Origin: Coriobacteriia bacterium
GTDB taxonomy: Bacteria > Actinomycetota > Coriobacteriia > WRKU01 > WQUG01
Assembly (NCBI GenBank): GCA_009779855.1
Contig: WRBC01000004.1
Location: 30,769 to 94,768, forward strand
Length of the DNA stretch: 64,000 bases
Direction: 5' to 3'
Part shown: piece by piece, positions 53,443 through 63,105 of the stretch
How the letters are laid out: every line of letters starts with the position of its first letter
Position numbering within the stretch: the first letter of the stretch is position 1
Translations under genes and position numbers: made by a program
The notes under the pieces: generated by a model
The model's database searches: none
Told to the model about the DNA's origin: nothing
What the model saw: the letters and a program-made list of their open reading frames with translations, nothing else

Positions 53443-53883
53443 ATGCCTGTTTGTCAGAGCTGCGGAAGTGAACTACAGGGCGACAGCCATCTTTGTCGTG
53501 ACTGCTTAGATACCGCAGACCAATCGACAACTTCTTTCGTTCCTGTTGGTCGACCTCGGAATAATGAACGCATTGAACATTCGCCTGATGATGATATTTT
53601 TCTAAAAATCGTAAAAGGTCCTCAGATAGAGGAGCGTTTTTACTTAGAGGGTGACTACATTGTCATAGGACGCGATCCGAAGGCACAATTATTTTTGGGC
53701 GATGTAACGGTCTCGCGGGAACATGCCGCGATTATCAGAGAAGGCATAGAGGTTTCTGTGCGTGACTTGGGATCACTGAATGGTACTTACCTTAACGGAG
53801 ACATTGTAGAAGAATCACTGTTAAAGAGTGGCGACATTATTCAGATAGGTACGTTTCAATTAATGTTTTGCTGGGGAGCCTAA
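53443..53883 (+). CDS. FHA-domain protein, GarA/OdhI-like, with N-terminal zinc ribbon
   Basis: 'CQSCGSELQGDSHLCRDC' is followed by 'QSTTSFVP' (compare the GarA ETTSVF phospho-motif). The FHA core is 'IGRDPKAQLFLGDVTVSREHAAI...RDLGSLNGTYLNGD...GDIIQIGTFQLMF'. Confidence 0.8.
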   Translation: MPVCQSCGSELQGDSHLCRDCLDTADQSTTSFVPVGRPRNNERIEHSPDDDIFLKIVKGPQIEERFYLEGDYIVIGRDPKAQLFLGDVTVSREHAAIIREGIEVSVRDLGSLNGTYLNGDIVEESLLKSGDIIQIGTFQLMFCWGA

Positions 53884-53892
53884 GTACAGGCA

Positions 53893-54750
53893 ATGACCTT
53901 TCGTGACTACTTAACCATAGGCGAGGTAGTTCAAAAATTACAGGTTAAATTTGATGACCTGTCTGTCTCTAAATTGCGCTTCCTTGAGGACGAAGGCTTA
54001 ATCACGCCAGAGCGTACACAGGGCGGTTACCGCAAATATTCTCGTGAAGAAATTAAACGAGTTGAACTAATTTTGCGCTTGCAACGTGAAAAATTTCTTC
54101 CACTTGCTGTCATTAAGGTAAAACTTGAGGAGTTCGAGCGCGGATTGGTGTCTCCAGAGCTTGCAGATTTATTGCAACAGGAAGCGGACAAGGGTACCGA
54201 AGATGCGGTAAGTGCACTCAATACTTCTGACGCTTCCGATGGCGCAGGAAGCGGAGCTATCCCTGAGGGATACAGTAATGCACACGACTACTTAAGTGAT
54301 GAAAAGCGCTATTCCCTAAAGCAAGATACAACCGCTGTTGTATCTATTGGTGAAATGGTTCGAGATGAAAAAATCCCTGAACAATTTTTTGCAGAGCTGA
54401 GACGTTATGGCATTGTAGAGCCCAGTTCACCCAAAACGGGAATTGTAGGGGCAGGATCAGGACCCGTATCTAGCGCTAGATTAACTGCGGCCGAAGCAGC
54501 CTGTGTTCGAGCTGCATGGAATTTGCGATCAGTAGGAATAGAGCCCCGTCATTTACGCATGTATGCAACCTTTGCTGACAAGGAAGCTCTTATTTATGAA
54601 CAATTTCTACGACCAACCTATCGTCATAAGACCCCACGATCAAAAGAGATGCTGGCCGAAGCAGCTGCCGACATTGTGCGACAGACAGAATTACTTAAGC
54701 GTCAGTTATTACAGCAGGAATTGCGAAACAAGCTAGGAGATTTGCTATAG
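53893..54750 (+). CDS. MerR-family transcriptional regulator (FtsR / Rv1828-like by synteny)
   Basis: N-terminal 'LTIGEVVQKLQVKFDDLSVSKLRFLEDEGLITPERTQGGYRKYS' is a MerR wHTH. It follows the GarA-like gene, as in Corynebacterium (odhI-ftsR) and M. tuberculosis (garA-Rv1828). Confidence 0.75.
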   Translation: MTFRDYLTIGEVVQKLQVKFDDLSVSKLRFLEDEGLITPERTQGGYRKYSREEIKRVELILRLQREKFLPLAVIKVKLEEFERGLVSPELADLLQQEADKGTEDAVSALNTSDASDGAGSGAIPEGYSNAHDYLSDEKRYSLKQDTTAVVSIGEMVRDEKIPEQFFAELRRYGIVEPSSPKTGIVGAGSGPVSSARLTAAEAACVRAAWNLRSVGIEPRHLRMYATFADKEALIYEQFLRPTYRHKTPRSKEMLAEAAADIVRQTELLKRQLLQQELRNKLGDLL

Positions 54751-54795
54751 TAGGAAAGGCCTATTTTCTGCAGCAAGTACAAAGGAGAAACAGTA

Positions 54796-55317
54796 ATGGA
54801 CTACAAAAATATTATCCGCACGATTCCTGACTGGCCCAGCGCAGGTGTTTCCTTTAAGGATATCACCCCAGTGCTAGCGGATGCTGCAGCTTTTAAGCAG
54901 GCAATTGATGAGATGTGTGAGCCCTTTCTGGATGCGGGTATTACAAAGGTATTTGGAGCAGAGGCACGAGGCTTTTTCTTCGGAACCACCATGGCCTACA
55001 AATTGGGTGCTGGATTCATCCCTGCACGTAAAGCGGGGAAACTTCCTTACGTAACCGTTGGCGAAGAATACACCCTAGAGTACGGCAAGGCAGTTATCGA
55101 GGTTCATAAAGATGACGTTACTGATGACGACAGAATCCTTATTGTTGACGATGTACTTGCTACGGGTGGGACTGCAGCTGCAAAGGCACATCTTATTAAT
55201 AAGTTGGGTGCAACCCTTGTAGGATACAGCTTTTTTATTGAATTGGACTTTCTCAATGGACGTGAGCAACTAGAGAAAAGTAATGCGCCGATTCACTCAT
55301 TGGTGAGGTACCAATAA
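54796..55317 (+). CDS. apt: adenine phosphoribosyltransferase
   Basis: 'IRTIPDWPSAGVSFKDITPVL', 'ARGFFFG' and the PRPP motif 'ILIVDDVLATGGTAAA' are present. Confidence 0.95.
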   Translation: MDYKNIIRTIPDWPSAGVSFKDITPVLADAAAFKQAIDEMCEPFLDAGITKVFGAEARGFFFGTTMAYKLGAGFIPARKAGKLPYVTVGEEYTLEYGKAVIEVHKDDVTDDDRILIVDDVLATGGTAAAKAHLINKLGATLVGYSFFIELDFLNGREQLEKSNAPIHSLVRYQ

Positions 55318-55323
55318 TTTAAC

Positions 55324-56109
55324 ATGCTAACGGAGCGCAGGCGCATAGTTTTACGTGCCGTGGTAGATCACCACGTTGCCAGTGCTGCTCCTGTGGGGTC
55401 AAGTATTTTGGCTCAACGCTATGTAATGAACACTTCACCAGCAACCATTCGTTCAGAATTGGGGGCTCTGGAAGATAGCGCATTGCTCTATCAGCCCCAC
55501 ACCTCTGCTGGTCGCGTACCTACACATGCTGGCTACCGTAGAGTAGTTGACGATATTTTATCAAGACCCGTGTTGTCTGCTGCAGCCAGCCTACGTAATG
55601 CTGAAGCAGCGTATCCGCACCGGAAGCTGCACTTGGCACTGCGTAAATCAAACAGTAATGGCTCATTGATGCTTGCGGAATTGTTTCGTTCTGTAGTTAT
55701 GCATCTTGCAGCAGCGACAAGCAGTCTTGCCTTGTTAAGTGTCACTTTGTCTAGAGGAACTAGCTCAAGGTTTGGAGTAGGTCAGTTATATTACAATGGT
55801 CTGGCGAATTTACTCATGCAGCCCGAATTTACCAAGTCAGGTGGACAGGAGGGATTTGCGCACTTAGTAGGAATGCTTGAAAATGAGCGTGCCCTTAACG
55901 AAGTCCTTGTGGCCTGCTCGTACGATGATCGTGTTACCGTGTCTATTGGTTCGGAAAATTGTACTACTGGCCTAGATGAACTTAGCCTAGTCACTCATCG
56001 TTATACTGGTGGTGTTATTGCCGTTATTGGTCCCACAAGAATGAATTACCGTGAAGCAATTGCTGCAGTTTCTACTGCAGCACATACCCTAGATGATATT
56101 TTGGAGTAA
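55324..56109 (+). CDS. hrcA: heat-inducible transcription repressor HrcA (short form)
   Basis: 'LTERRRIVLRAVVDHHVASAAPVGSSILAQRY...SPATIRSELGALED...LYQPHTSAGRVPT' is the HrcA wHTH. The C-terminal 'IAVIGPTRMNYREAI' motif is present. It is followed by dnaJ. Confidence 0.85.
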   Translation: MLTERRRIVLRAVVDHHVASAAPVGSSILAQRYVMNTSPATIRSELGALEDSALLYQPHTSAGRVPTHAGYRRVVDDILSRPVLSAAASLRNAEAAYPHRKLHLALRKSNSNGSLMLAELFRSVVMHLAAATSSLALLSVTLSRGTSSRFGVGQLYYNGLANLLMQPEFTKSGGQEGFAHLVGMLENERALNEVLVACSYDDRVTVSIGSENCTTGLDELSLVTHRYTGGVIAVIGPTRMNYREAIAAVSTAAHTLDDILE

Positions 56110-56112
56110 GCC

Positions 56113-57279
56113 TTGTCTACTGTTCGTTATGATTACTATGAAATGCTTGAGATTACCCGCGATGCCGACGGCGAAACTATTAAGCGCGCCTTTAGGCGAA
56201 AAGCACGCGAATATCACCCCGATGTAAACGATGCACCCGATGCAGAAGATCGCTTCAAAGAGCTAAATGAAGCTTATGATGTTTTATCTGACCCCAGTAA
56301 GCGCCAACACTATGATCAGTTTGGCACGGCTCCGGGCAGTAGTGGTGGCGGAGCCTACAATGTAGATTTCAATGACATATTCGGTGGGGGAGCAGTAGAT
56401 TTAGGGGATTTGTTTTCGTCGTTTTTTGGTGGAGTTGCAGGCACACGTGGTGGTCGTGCAGTGCGCACTGAAGGCCGCGACATGGGCATGACTGTCAATA
56501 TTTCACTAGAAGATGCTGCGCGGGGAATGTCACGTCAGGTTACCGTTGATCGTCTTGCACCCTGTGATATTTGCGATGCAACAGGTTCTGCTGATAAATC
56601 AGGGTCAACTTCTTGTGAGACTTGCGATGGGGCTGGACAAGTCGTTGGTCACCAGCAGACCATTTTTGGCACTATGCGTACCCAGCAGGCCTGTTCTGAC
56701 TGCAGTGGCACCGGTCAACATGTAGAGCATCCTTGTGAGGAGTGTCAGGGTTCAGGGCGCATGATTGACCGCCAAGTTGTGGATGTTGAAATTCCGGCAG
56801 GAATTGCAGATGGTCAGAAAATTCGTCTCCCCGGAATGGGAGAAGCAGGAATTCGCGGAGCAGCGAGCGGGGATCTAATTATCACTATTCAAGTGCAACC
56901 GCATGAACGTTTTGTGCGGAAAGGACAGAATCTGAATGTTCGTCTTGCACTTTCAATCGCAGAGGCTGCGCTAGGTACTACAAAGCGTATAGAGGGTCTA
57001 CTTACTGAGGTGACGGTTGAAGTTCCTGCTGGGGTTCAGACGGGGGATCGAGTTAGTGTTAAAGACGCTGGCTTGCCCCATCTAAACCGTCCAGAAACCA
57101 TAGGCAAACTCTATTGTCATGTTGATGTCATTGTGCCAAGGAAGATGAGCCAGCGCTCTCGTGATTTACTTGCAGAACTCAGTACAGAACTGGGGGACAA
57201 TGAGAAATCAGATGCAGACGATTTATTGCAGCAAGGCTTTGGTGACAAAGTAAAGGATTTCTTCAAGGGACCAAAGTAG
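56113..57279 (+). CDS. dnaJ: molecular chaperone DnaJ
   Basis: J-domain 'YDYYEMLEITRDADGETIKRAFRRKAREYHPDVN', a G/F-rich region and four CxxCxGxG zinc motifs are present. The start codon is TTG. Confidence 0.95.
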   Translation: MSTVRYDYYEMLEITRDADGETIKRAFRRKAREYHPDVNDAPDAEDRFKELNEAYDVLSDPSKRQHYDQFGTAPGSSGGGAYNVDFNDIFGGGAVDLGDLFSSFFGGVAGTRGGRAVRTEGRDMGMTVNISLEDAARGMSRQVTVDRLAPCDICDATGSADKSGSTSCETCDGAGQVVGHQQTIFGTMRTQQACSDCSGTGQHVEHPCEECQGSGRMIDRQVVDVEIPAGIADGQKIRLPGMGEAGIRGAASGDLIITIQVQPHERFVRKGQNLNVRLALSIAEAALGTTKRIEGLLTEVTVEVPAGVQTGDRVSVKDAGLPHLNRPETIGKLYCHVDVIVPRKMSQRSRDLLAELSTELGDNEKSDADDLLQQGFGDKVKDFFKGPK

Positions 57280-57300
57280 AGGCAAGGGTCGGTTGAAGTT

Positions 57301-58095
57301 ATGGCAGTACCCCGTTTTTTCATAGATGAGCCCTACGCACATCAAGTTCTTGTGCCAGGGACAAGAACGTCCTTAACTAGTGACACAAGTGCCTATCACC
57401 ACGTTGTAAATGTTTTGCGCCTTACTGCAGATAAGCGGGTAGAAATTGTCCAGCGAGGTGTCTGGACAGCTTGGCTTTGCAAGATTGAGAGTATTGATGC
57501 GAATCAAGTGCTCTTAGAGGTTGTCGAAGAGATCAAGTCAGTTCCTTTGCTCTTTGAGACGACGTTACTTCTTGGTTTCTCAAAAGGTGACACTAACGAA
57601 AAAGTTATCAGACAGGCGACAGAGCTAGGAGTAACGCGCGTGATTCCTGTGCTTTTCGATCGTTCAGTCAGCAGGCCTGACCAAAAGCGAGCTAAGTCAA
57701 AAATTGAACGCCTGCGCAAGATAGCAGTTTCAGCAGCCCAACAGGCACATCGTAGAGATCTGCCCATCATTGAGGACTTGCATGGGTTTTCAGAAGCCTT
57801 AGATTTGCTTACCAGTTTGCAATTGGATGTGACGCTTGTTCCGTGGGAAGAAGAGACAGACAAATCATTTAGTGCCTATCTTGAAGGTTTGACTTTATCT
57901 GAGTATCCTCGAGTTGCTCTAGTGATTGGCCCAGAGGGAGGTATCACTCAGGGCGAAATTCTTGCTCTACAAGACCTAGGTGCACAAAGCGTCAGTCTGG
58001 GTCCAACAATTCTTCGTGTTGACACAGCAGTTTGTGCATCACTTGCTATCACTCATGATATTCTCGCGGGCAAACATATAAAAGGTGATGCATAG
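57301..58095 (+). CDS. rsmE: 16S rRNA (uracil1498-N3)-methyltransferase
   Basis: N-terminal 'PRFFID' and C-terminal 'LVIGPEGGITQGEI...SLGPTILRVDTA' are RsmE motifs. The hrcA-dnaJ-rsmE order is conserved. Confidence 0.88.
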   Translation: MAVPRFFIDEPYAHQVLVPGTRTSLTSDTSAYHHVVNVLRLTADKRVEIVQRGVWTAWLCKIESIDANQVLLEVVEEIKSVPLLFETTLLLGFSKGDTNEKVIRQATELGVTRVIPVLFDRSVSRPDQKRAKSKIERLRKIAVSAAQQAHRRDLPIIEDLHGFSEALDLLTSLQLDVTLVPWEEETDKSFSAYLEGLTLSEYPRVALVIGPEGGITQGEILALQDLGAQSVSLGPTILRVDTAVCASLAITHDILAGKHIKGDA

Positions 58096-58097
58096 AT

Positions 58098-59348
58098 ATG
58101 GCTCGCTACTTTATTAAAACATTCGGCTGCAAGGTAAATCAGGCTGAATCAGATAGCCTGTATACGGCGCTCATGAAAATGGGAATGCAACATGCCTCTG
58201 ATGTTGCAGAAGCAGACTTTGTCATAATTTATACATGTACAGTGACAGGTGAAGCCGACAGAAAGGTACGCAAAGAACTGCGCAGAGCTACTCGCTTGCT
58301 TAATATTGCTTCGATTGTCGTCACAGGCTGTGCGGCAAACCTCAATAAAGAGGAACTTGAATCTCTTGATGAAAAGATTCGTGTAATTTGTAGCCAGGAT
58401 GAGATTGTAAACTTTTTTTCTAGCCATTCGGAAACGCTCCCAATAACGAAGGACGGCTCTGATTCCACTAACTTAGACAAGCCTCACCATGAGCGCATCC
58501 GGATGCCTATCAAGGTCCAAGATGGCTGCGAAGATTTTTGTAGCTACTGCATAGTCCCCTTTGCTCGTGGAGAATGTAAATCTGTCAACCCTCATGTGAT
58601 CATTGAACAAATTCAAAAGGCTGCAGAAAGGGGAGTAAAAGAGGCTGTGCTTACGGGTATTAACTTAGGCAATTACGCTAATTCAAGTAGCTCCAACTGT
58701 TTAAATCTTGCGCAACTACTTCACCAAATTCGAACAAAAACAGATATGCATCGCATAAGACTTTCCAGTATAGAACCTAGACATGTTACAAATGACTTGT
58801 TAGTAGAACTTTCAGAAGAAAAGGGTATTCTCTGCGAACATTTGCATATTCCCCTCCAGTCAGGCTCAGACTATGTGCTGGGAGACATGAATCGTGGGTA
58901 CAGTACAAGTGAATACCTGCAGCTTGTTCAAAAAATTCGCGCAGTAAAACCTCATACCGCTATCACTACAGATATTATTGTTGGGTATCCCAGTGAAAGC
59001 GATGAAGACTTTCAAGCAACTTTAGATACTGTTCGTAAGGTTGGCTTCTCAAAGGTGCACATCTTTCGCTATAGTCCCCGAGAAGGAACCGCTGCTAGTC
59101 ATCTTAAGCCCTTGAATCCGCGTATAGTCAAAAAGCGAGCACATCTATTGCGCGAACAAGCAGAACAAGATGCATTGCAGTATCGAAAGTCTAGAGCAGG
59201 CCATCAGCTAGAGATGATTGTCGAGCAATTGGATGAGGATGAAGGAATGATAACAGGAACGACACGTGAATACTTACGATTGACTTTGGCTGCCGATAAC
59301 CATAATCCCGGGGATATAGTTTTTACAAAGGCAGAGAATGCACTTTGA
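58098..59348 (+). CDS. mtaB: MiaB-like tRNA methylthiotransferase (MtaB type)
   Basis: 'FGCKVNQAESD', 'IIYTCTVT' and radical-SAM 'VQDGCEDFCSYCIVPFARG' are present, plus a TRAM-like C-terminus. Confidence 0.85.
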   Translation: MARYFIKTFGCKVNQAESDSLYTALMKMGMQHASDVAEADFVIIYTCTVTGEADRKVRKELRRATRLLNIASIVVTGCAANLNKEELESLDEKIRVICSQDEIVNFFSSHSETLPITKDGSDSTNLDKPHHERIRMPIKVQDGCEDFCSYCIVPFARGECKSVNPHVIIEQIQKAAERGVKEAVLTGINLGNYANSSSSNCLNLAQLLHQIRTKTDMHRIRLSSIEPRHVTNDLLVELSEEKGILCEHLHIPLQSGSDYVLGDMNRGYSTSEYLQLVQKIRAVKPHTAITTDIIVGYPSESDEDFQATLDTVRKVGFSKVHIFRYSPREGTAASHLKPLNPRIVKKRAHLLREQAEQDALQYRKSRAGHQLEMIVEQLDEDEGMITGTTREYLRLTLAADNHNPGDIVFTKAENAL

Positions 59349-59390
59349 TAGAATACTATCTATGACTTGGATTAAAATCTTGAAGATATA

Positions 59391-60218
59391 ATGACAAGGC
59401 AAGCTGTTCAGACAAAGTCTTTTCAAATAATTGCAGACAGTGGCTGCAATCTGCCTCCGTGGCTGATTCGACGATTTAAGATATTTACGGTTCCAACTTC
59501 GTACTATTCAAGAAGAAGCCCCCAAAACGAAGAGCTATTTGATGTGAATTTTGGCTTTGATGCACAAAGTTTTTATGCACGCATGAAAATGGGTGAAGAC
59601 TTTGTTTTTAATCCCTTAAACGCATCAACTTGTGTAAGATTTATTGATCCGCTTATAGAGGAAACTGACGACGATGTTTTGTTTCTCTTTGCTTCTTCTG
59701 CAATTTCATCTAATTCAGAGAGTGTTCTGTCGTACTTTGACGAAGTAAGTATGCGTTATCCTAACCGCACCTTTAAGGCTGTTGACACTCTGTCAGTAAG
59801 CTTAGGATTTGGCAGATTACTTATGTGGGCATGTGAGCTTCGCGAAGACGGCGCAAGTATTGAAGCTGTTGCAAAGTGGGTTGGCGAAAGTCGCCTTGGA
59901 ATGAGTCAGTGGTTTTTGGAGGGGGCTCAGCAGTCACTTATACATGTCAATAATTCAGGCAAGTTGTATCCGCCAGTGGAGCATCCCAGAGGAAGGTCGC
60001 TGACAGAGATTTATAAGCACAGGTCAGCAGTGCCTTATAACAAATATAATCCATCGATTGTGCACGCGGATAACAGGGATGCAGCCCTTCAGCTAGCATC
60101 ACAGCTAGATGAATATTTTGGAGTACCAAATTCTATGATTTATGACGTGGAGCCATGTCTTGGTTCTAGGTTAGGACCAGGTACACTTGGATTAATTTTT
60201 TGGGGAGGACCACGATAA
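59391..60218 (+). CDS. DegV-family (fatty-acid-binding) protein, divergent
   Basis: 275 aa. The N-terminal 'FQIIADSGCNLP' resembles the DegV 'IVTDSxxDLP' start. The rest is divergent, so the call is tentative. Confidence 0.5.
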   Translation: MTRQAVQTKSFQIIADSGCNLPPWLIRRFKIFTVPTSYYSRRSPQNEELFDVNFGFDAQSFYARMKMGEDFVFNPLNASTCVRFIDPLIEETDDDVLFLFASSAISSNSESVLSYFDEVSMRYPNRTFKAVDTLSVSLGFGRLLMWACELREDGASIEAVAKWVGESRLGMSQWFLEGAQQSLIHVNNSGKLYPPVEHPRGRSLTEIYKHRSAVPYNKYNPSIVHADNRDAALQLASQLDEYFGVPNSMIYDVEPCLGSRLGPGTLGLIFWGGPR

Positions 60219-61237
60219 TTCTCATAAATACAGACACCAATCAAGCAAGTAAGCCTTTTGAGGAAGTATTTAACCTACCAGAAAGCATTAACCCTGTTGA
60301 ATTGTTGGGACAGCGCGATGAGCACTTGCGCCTTATCAACAGGGCCTTTGAAGCACAGACCACAGTAAGAGGCAATGAAATAACTATTATGGGTGCTGAA
60401 TCTGACTGCGCGGTAGTTCATGATTTGTTCGCTGACCTAATTGCCCTTTTGCAAGCGAAGGAGTCGCTTGATCGTGCTACTGTCGAGCGTTATATTGATG
60501 TGTTGGTGCATAGTGACTTGCGACCGTCTCACTTGTCCTCTGATGCAATTGCAACGTATCGCGGGCGTGCAGTGCGCGCAAAGACGCTGGGGCAAAAAGC
60601 TTATCTTGAAACGGTGCGCAGCAACTCCATCACTTTTGGAATAGGTCCTGCAGGGACAGGGAAGACCTATCTTGCCATGGCTCTTGCTGTTGAGGCACTG
60701 AAGGCAAAGCAAGTTAAGCGACTTATCTTGACTCGACCAGCGGTGGAGGCAGGGGAGAACCTGGGCTTTCTTCCAGGTTCTTTGGTAGAAAAGGTTGATC
60801 CTTACTTAAGGCCACTTTACGATGCTCTTTTGGATATGATGGAGCCAGAAAGATCTACAGGCCTGCTGGAAACCGGTGTCATAGAAATTGCCCCTATTGC
60901 ATTTATGCGTGGGCGCACACTTAATGATGCTTTCATTATTGTTGATGAGGCTCAAAATACAACTTCGTCACAGATGAAAATGCTTTTAACGCGCTTAGGC
61001 TTTAACAGTAAAATGGTTGTAACGGGGGATGCAACACAGATTGATTTACCGCGTGGCCAAAGTGGTCTTGCTGATGTTGAGTCAATACTTACAGGCGTTA
61101 AGGGTGTTGGTTTCTCATATTTTAGTGGGAAAGATGTTGTGCGTCATAAGTTGGTTCAACGAATTGTTGAAGCCTACCGCATCCACGAAGGTGGAGAACA
61201 GTTGCAACTATCAGTGACTGAAGAGGAAAAATCATGA
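60200..61237 (+). CDS. phoH: PhoH-like ATPase
   Basis: 'FGIGPAGTGKTYLAMALAV', 'LILTRPAVEAGENLGFLPG', 'FIIVDEAQNTT' and 'VVTGDATQIDLP' are present. The start is uncertain (TTG 60200 overlaps the degV end). Confidence 0.92.
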   Translation: MGRTTIILINTDTNQASKPFEEVFNLPESINPVELLGQRDEHLRLINRAFEAQTTVRGNEITIMGAESDCAVVHDLFADLIALLQAKESLDRATVERYIDVLVHSDLRPSHLSSDAIATYRGRAVRAKTLGQKAYLETVRSNSITFGIGPAGTGKTYLAMALAVEALKAKQVKRLILTRPAVEAGENLGFLPGSLVEKVDPYLRPLYDALLDMMEPERSTGLLETGVIEIAPIAFMRGRTLNDAFIIVDEAQNTTSSQMKMLLTRLGFNSKMVVTGDATQIDLPRGQSGLADVESILTGVKGVGFSYFSGKDVVRHKLVQRIVEAYRIHEGGEQLQLSVTEEEKS

Positions 61238-61806
61238 GTGTAAATCTAAATAATGAATCTGACTTTGAGTTACCAAAGAACTTTTTAGACGAATGTGACC
61301 AGTTGGCTGACTTCGTTTTACTGCAGGAGCAGGCACCTCTTACTGCGGTTCTATCTGTCACCTTTGTCGGTGACAGTGAAATGGCGACACTTAATCAAGA
61401 GCATCGCAGTAAAGAAGGGCCAACAGATGTCCTATCGTTTCCCTGTGACGATATTAGTCAGTCGGGTGCCAAGATTGCTGAAAATGCAATTGATGATGAC
61501 CCCACTTCGATTTATTGGGCAGATTTTGATGCGGCAGAAGATGCTGCACCAATTTTGCTGGGCGATGTTGTTATTGCTCCGTATGTGGCTGCCGTGCAAG
61601 CGGAAGAACTAAATAAGAATTTCTTTGATGAGGTGCGCCTTTTGCTTGTTCATGGAATCTTGCACTTGCTGGGATATGACCATGAAGGTAACGAAGAGCA
61701 GGCTGGTGCAATGGAGACTCGTGAAAAAGAAATCCTAAGTGACTGGGCAAACCTTGCATGCGAAGAAGATAACGTCATCCACTGTGGTGGAGGATGTTGT
61801 GGCTAG
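61234..61806 (+). CDS. ybeY: rRNA maturation endoribonuclease YbeY
   Basis: 'TDVLSFP' and the zinc motif 'LLVHGILHLLGYDH' are present. There is an ATGA overlap with phoH. Confidence 0.93.
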   Translation: MSVNLNNESDFELPKNFLDECDQLADFVLLQEQAPLTAVLSVTFVGDSEMATLNQEHRSKEGPTDVLSFPCDDISQSGAKIAENAIDDDPTSIYWADFDAAEDAAPILLGDVVIAPYVAAVQAEELNKNFFDEVRLLLVHGILHLLGYDHEGNEEQAGAMETREKEILSDWANLACEEDNVIHCGGGCCG

Positions 61807-62164
61807 GCAGTCAATTTTTAAAAGCTGGGCTGTTTCTATGACGGGCTTCTTTGCTGCTGTAAGAACAGAGCGCAACGTTGCGCTTGTTTGTTTTTTTGCT
61901 GTGCTTGCCATAGTCCTTTCCGCAGTTTTTCGCATACCTCTAGCTGAATGGATAATTGTGATCTTTTGTTGCGGATTAGTACTAACTGTCGAATTGGTGA
62001 ATACGGCTATTGAATCGGTAACGGACTTGGCTTGCAATAATGAAATTCATCCATTAGCAAAAATTGCTAAGGATACCGCATCGGCTGCAACGTTAGTAGC
62101 TTCAGTAACTAGCCTGATAGTGGCATTGTTAATATTTACTCCAAGAGTTCTCGCTTTGCTCTAA
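61799..62164 (+). CDS. dgkA: diacylglycerol / undecaprenol kinase family membrane protein
   Basis: 'FKSWAVSMTGFFAAVRTERNV', 'VELVNTAIESVTDL' and 'AKDTASAATLV' are DgkA motifs. GTG 61799 follows a GGTGGAGGA SD; the ORF-track start is 61739. Confidence 0.85.
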   Translation: MARQSIFKSWAVSMTGFFAAVRTERNVALVCFFAVLAIVLSAVFRIPLAEWIIVIFCCGLVLTVELVNTAIESVTDLACNNEIHPLAKIAKDTASAATLVASVTSLIVALLIFTPRVLALL

Positions 62165-62191
62165 AAATTTGTTCTAAGAAAGGTTATACCC

Positions 62192-63103
62192 TTGTCTCAC
62201 AATAAAGACTTCAAATCAGGGTTTGTGACTCTGGCAGGCAGACCTAATGCTGGCAAATCAACACTCACGAATGCGCTTGTTGGCACGAAGGTTGCTATTA
62301 CTTCTGAAGCCCCACAAACTACACGACACAGGCTACGTGCAATACTTACCACAGATGACGCCCAGATAGTTTTTGTGGATACCCCAGGGCTGCATAGACC
62401 AAAAGATGCCTTAGGGGAAGAAGTAAACAAGTCAACGTACAAAGCACTAGAAGACACAGATTTATCGGTTCTTTTAATAGATAGCACACGTCCCTTGGGA
62501 AAGGGTGATATCTGGGTTTTTGAGTTGCTCAAAAATGCCGCTAAGGGCACTGAGCCTTTGGTGTTGTTCACTAAGGTTGATGCTGCAAGTGAGGAGCAAA
62601 TCGTTCAGCAACGTGAAGCGCTTTCTGCCATTACTAGTGTTGATCCGTTATTGATCTCTGCTGTTTCTGGGCAAGGGAAGTCAGAATTTATAGAGAAGAT
62701 CGCAGGATTACTCCCTAAAGGCCCTCTGTGGTTTCCGGCAGACACAAAAACAGATCAGCCCTTCGAAACACTTATCGCTGAGTTTATTCGTGAAAAAATA
62801 CTTAGGAATACTTTTGATGAGGTTCCTCATGCTATTGGAATCCGTACAGATGAACTTAATCAAGACCTAAAACGTAACTTGACCCGTGTTGAAGCAACCA
62901 TATTTGTCGAACGTGACTCACAAAAGGGAATCGTTGTAGGAAAGAAGGGCGCTGGCATCAAGGCGATTGGGGTGGATGCCCGCAAGGATTTAGAGATGCT
63001 TTTGGGTACGCGAGTGTTTTTAGATTTGCGAGTCAAGGTGAAGAAGAACTGGCGAAAAGATGCTGCGCAGATTCGTCGCTTTGGCTATGGTGAAGGCTCC
63101 TAG
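62192..63103 (+). CDS. era: GTPase Era
   Basis: G1 'GRPNAGKSTL', G3 'DTPGLH', G4 'TKVD' and the KH domain 'VERDSQKGIVVGKKGAGIK' are present. The start codon is TTG. Confidence 0.95.
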   Translation: MSHNKDFKSGFVTLAGRPNAGKSTLTNALVGTKVAITSEAPQTTRHRLRAILTTDDAQIVFVDTPGLHRPKDALGEEVNKSTYKALEDTDLSVLLIDSTRPLGKGDIWVFELLKNAAKGTEPLVLFTKVDAASEEQIVQQREALSAITSVDPLLISAVSGQGKSEFIEKIAGLLPKGPLWFPADTKTDQPFETLIAEFIREKILRNTFDEVPHAIGIRTDELNQDLKRNLTRVEATIFVERDSQKGIVVGKKGAGIKAIGVDARKDLEMLLGTRVFLDLRVKVKKNWRKDAAQIRRFGYGEGS

Positions 63104-63105
63104 TA

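Noticed and set aside
1616-61612. Numerous 60-130-aa alternative-frame or antisense ORFs nested in long genes (for example 1616-2005, 4830-5045, 5101-5367, 21156-21573, 25359-25655, 27092-27460, 45020-45388, 48045-48419, 57504-57863 and 61295-61612)
   Set aside because: Each is fully contained in a longer ORF with clear family motifs. They lack SD sequences and show the Ser/Arg/Leu-rich composition typical of off-frame translation.
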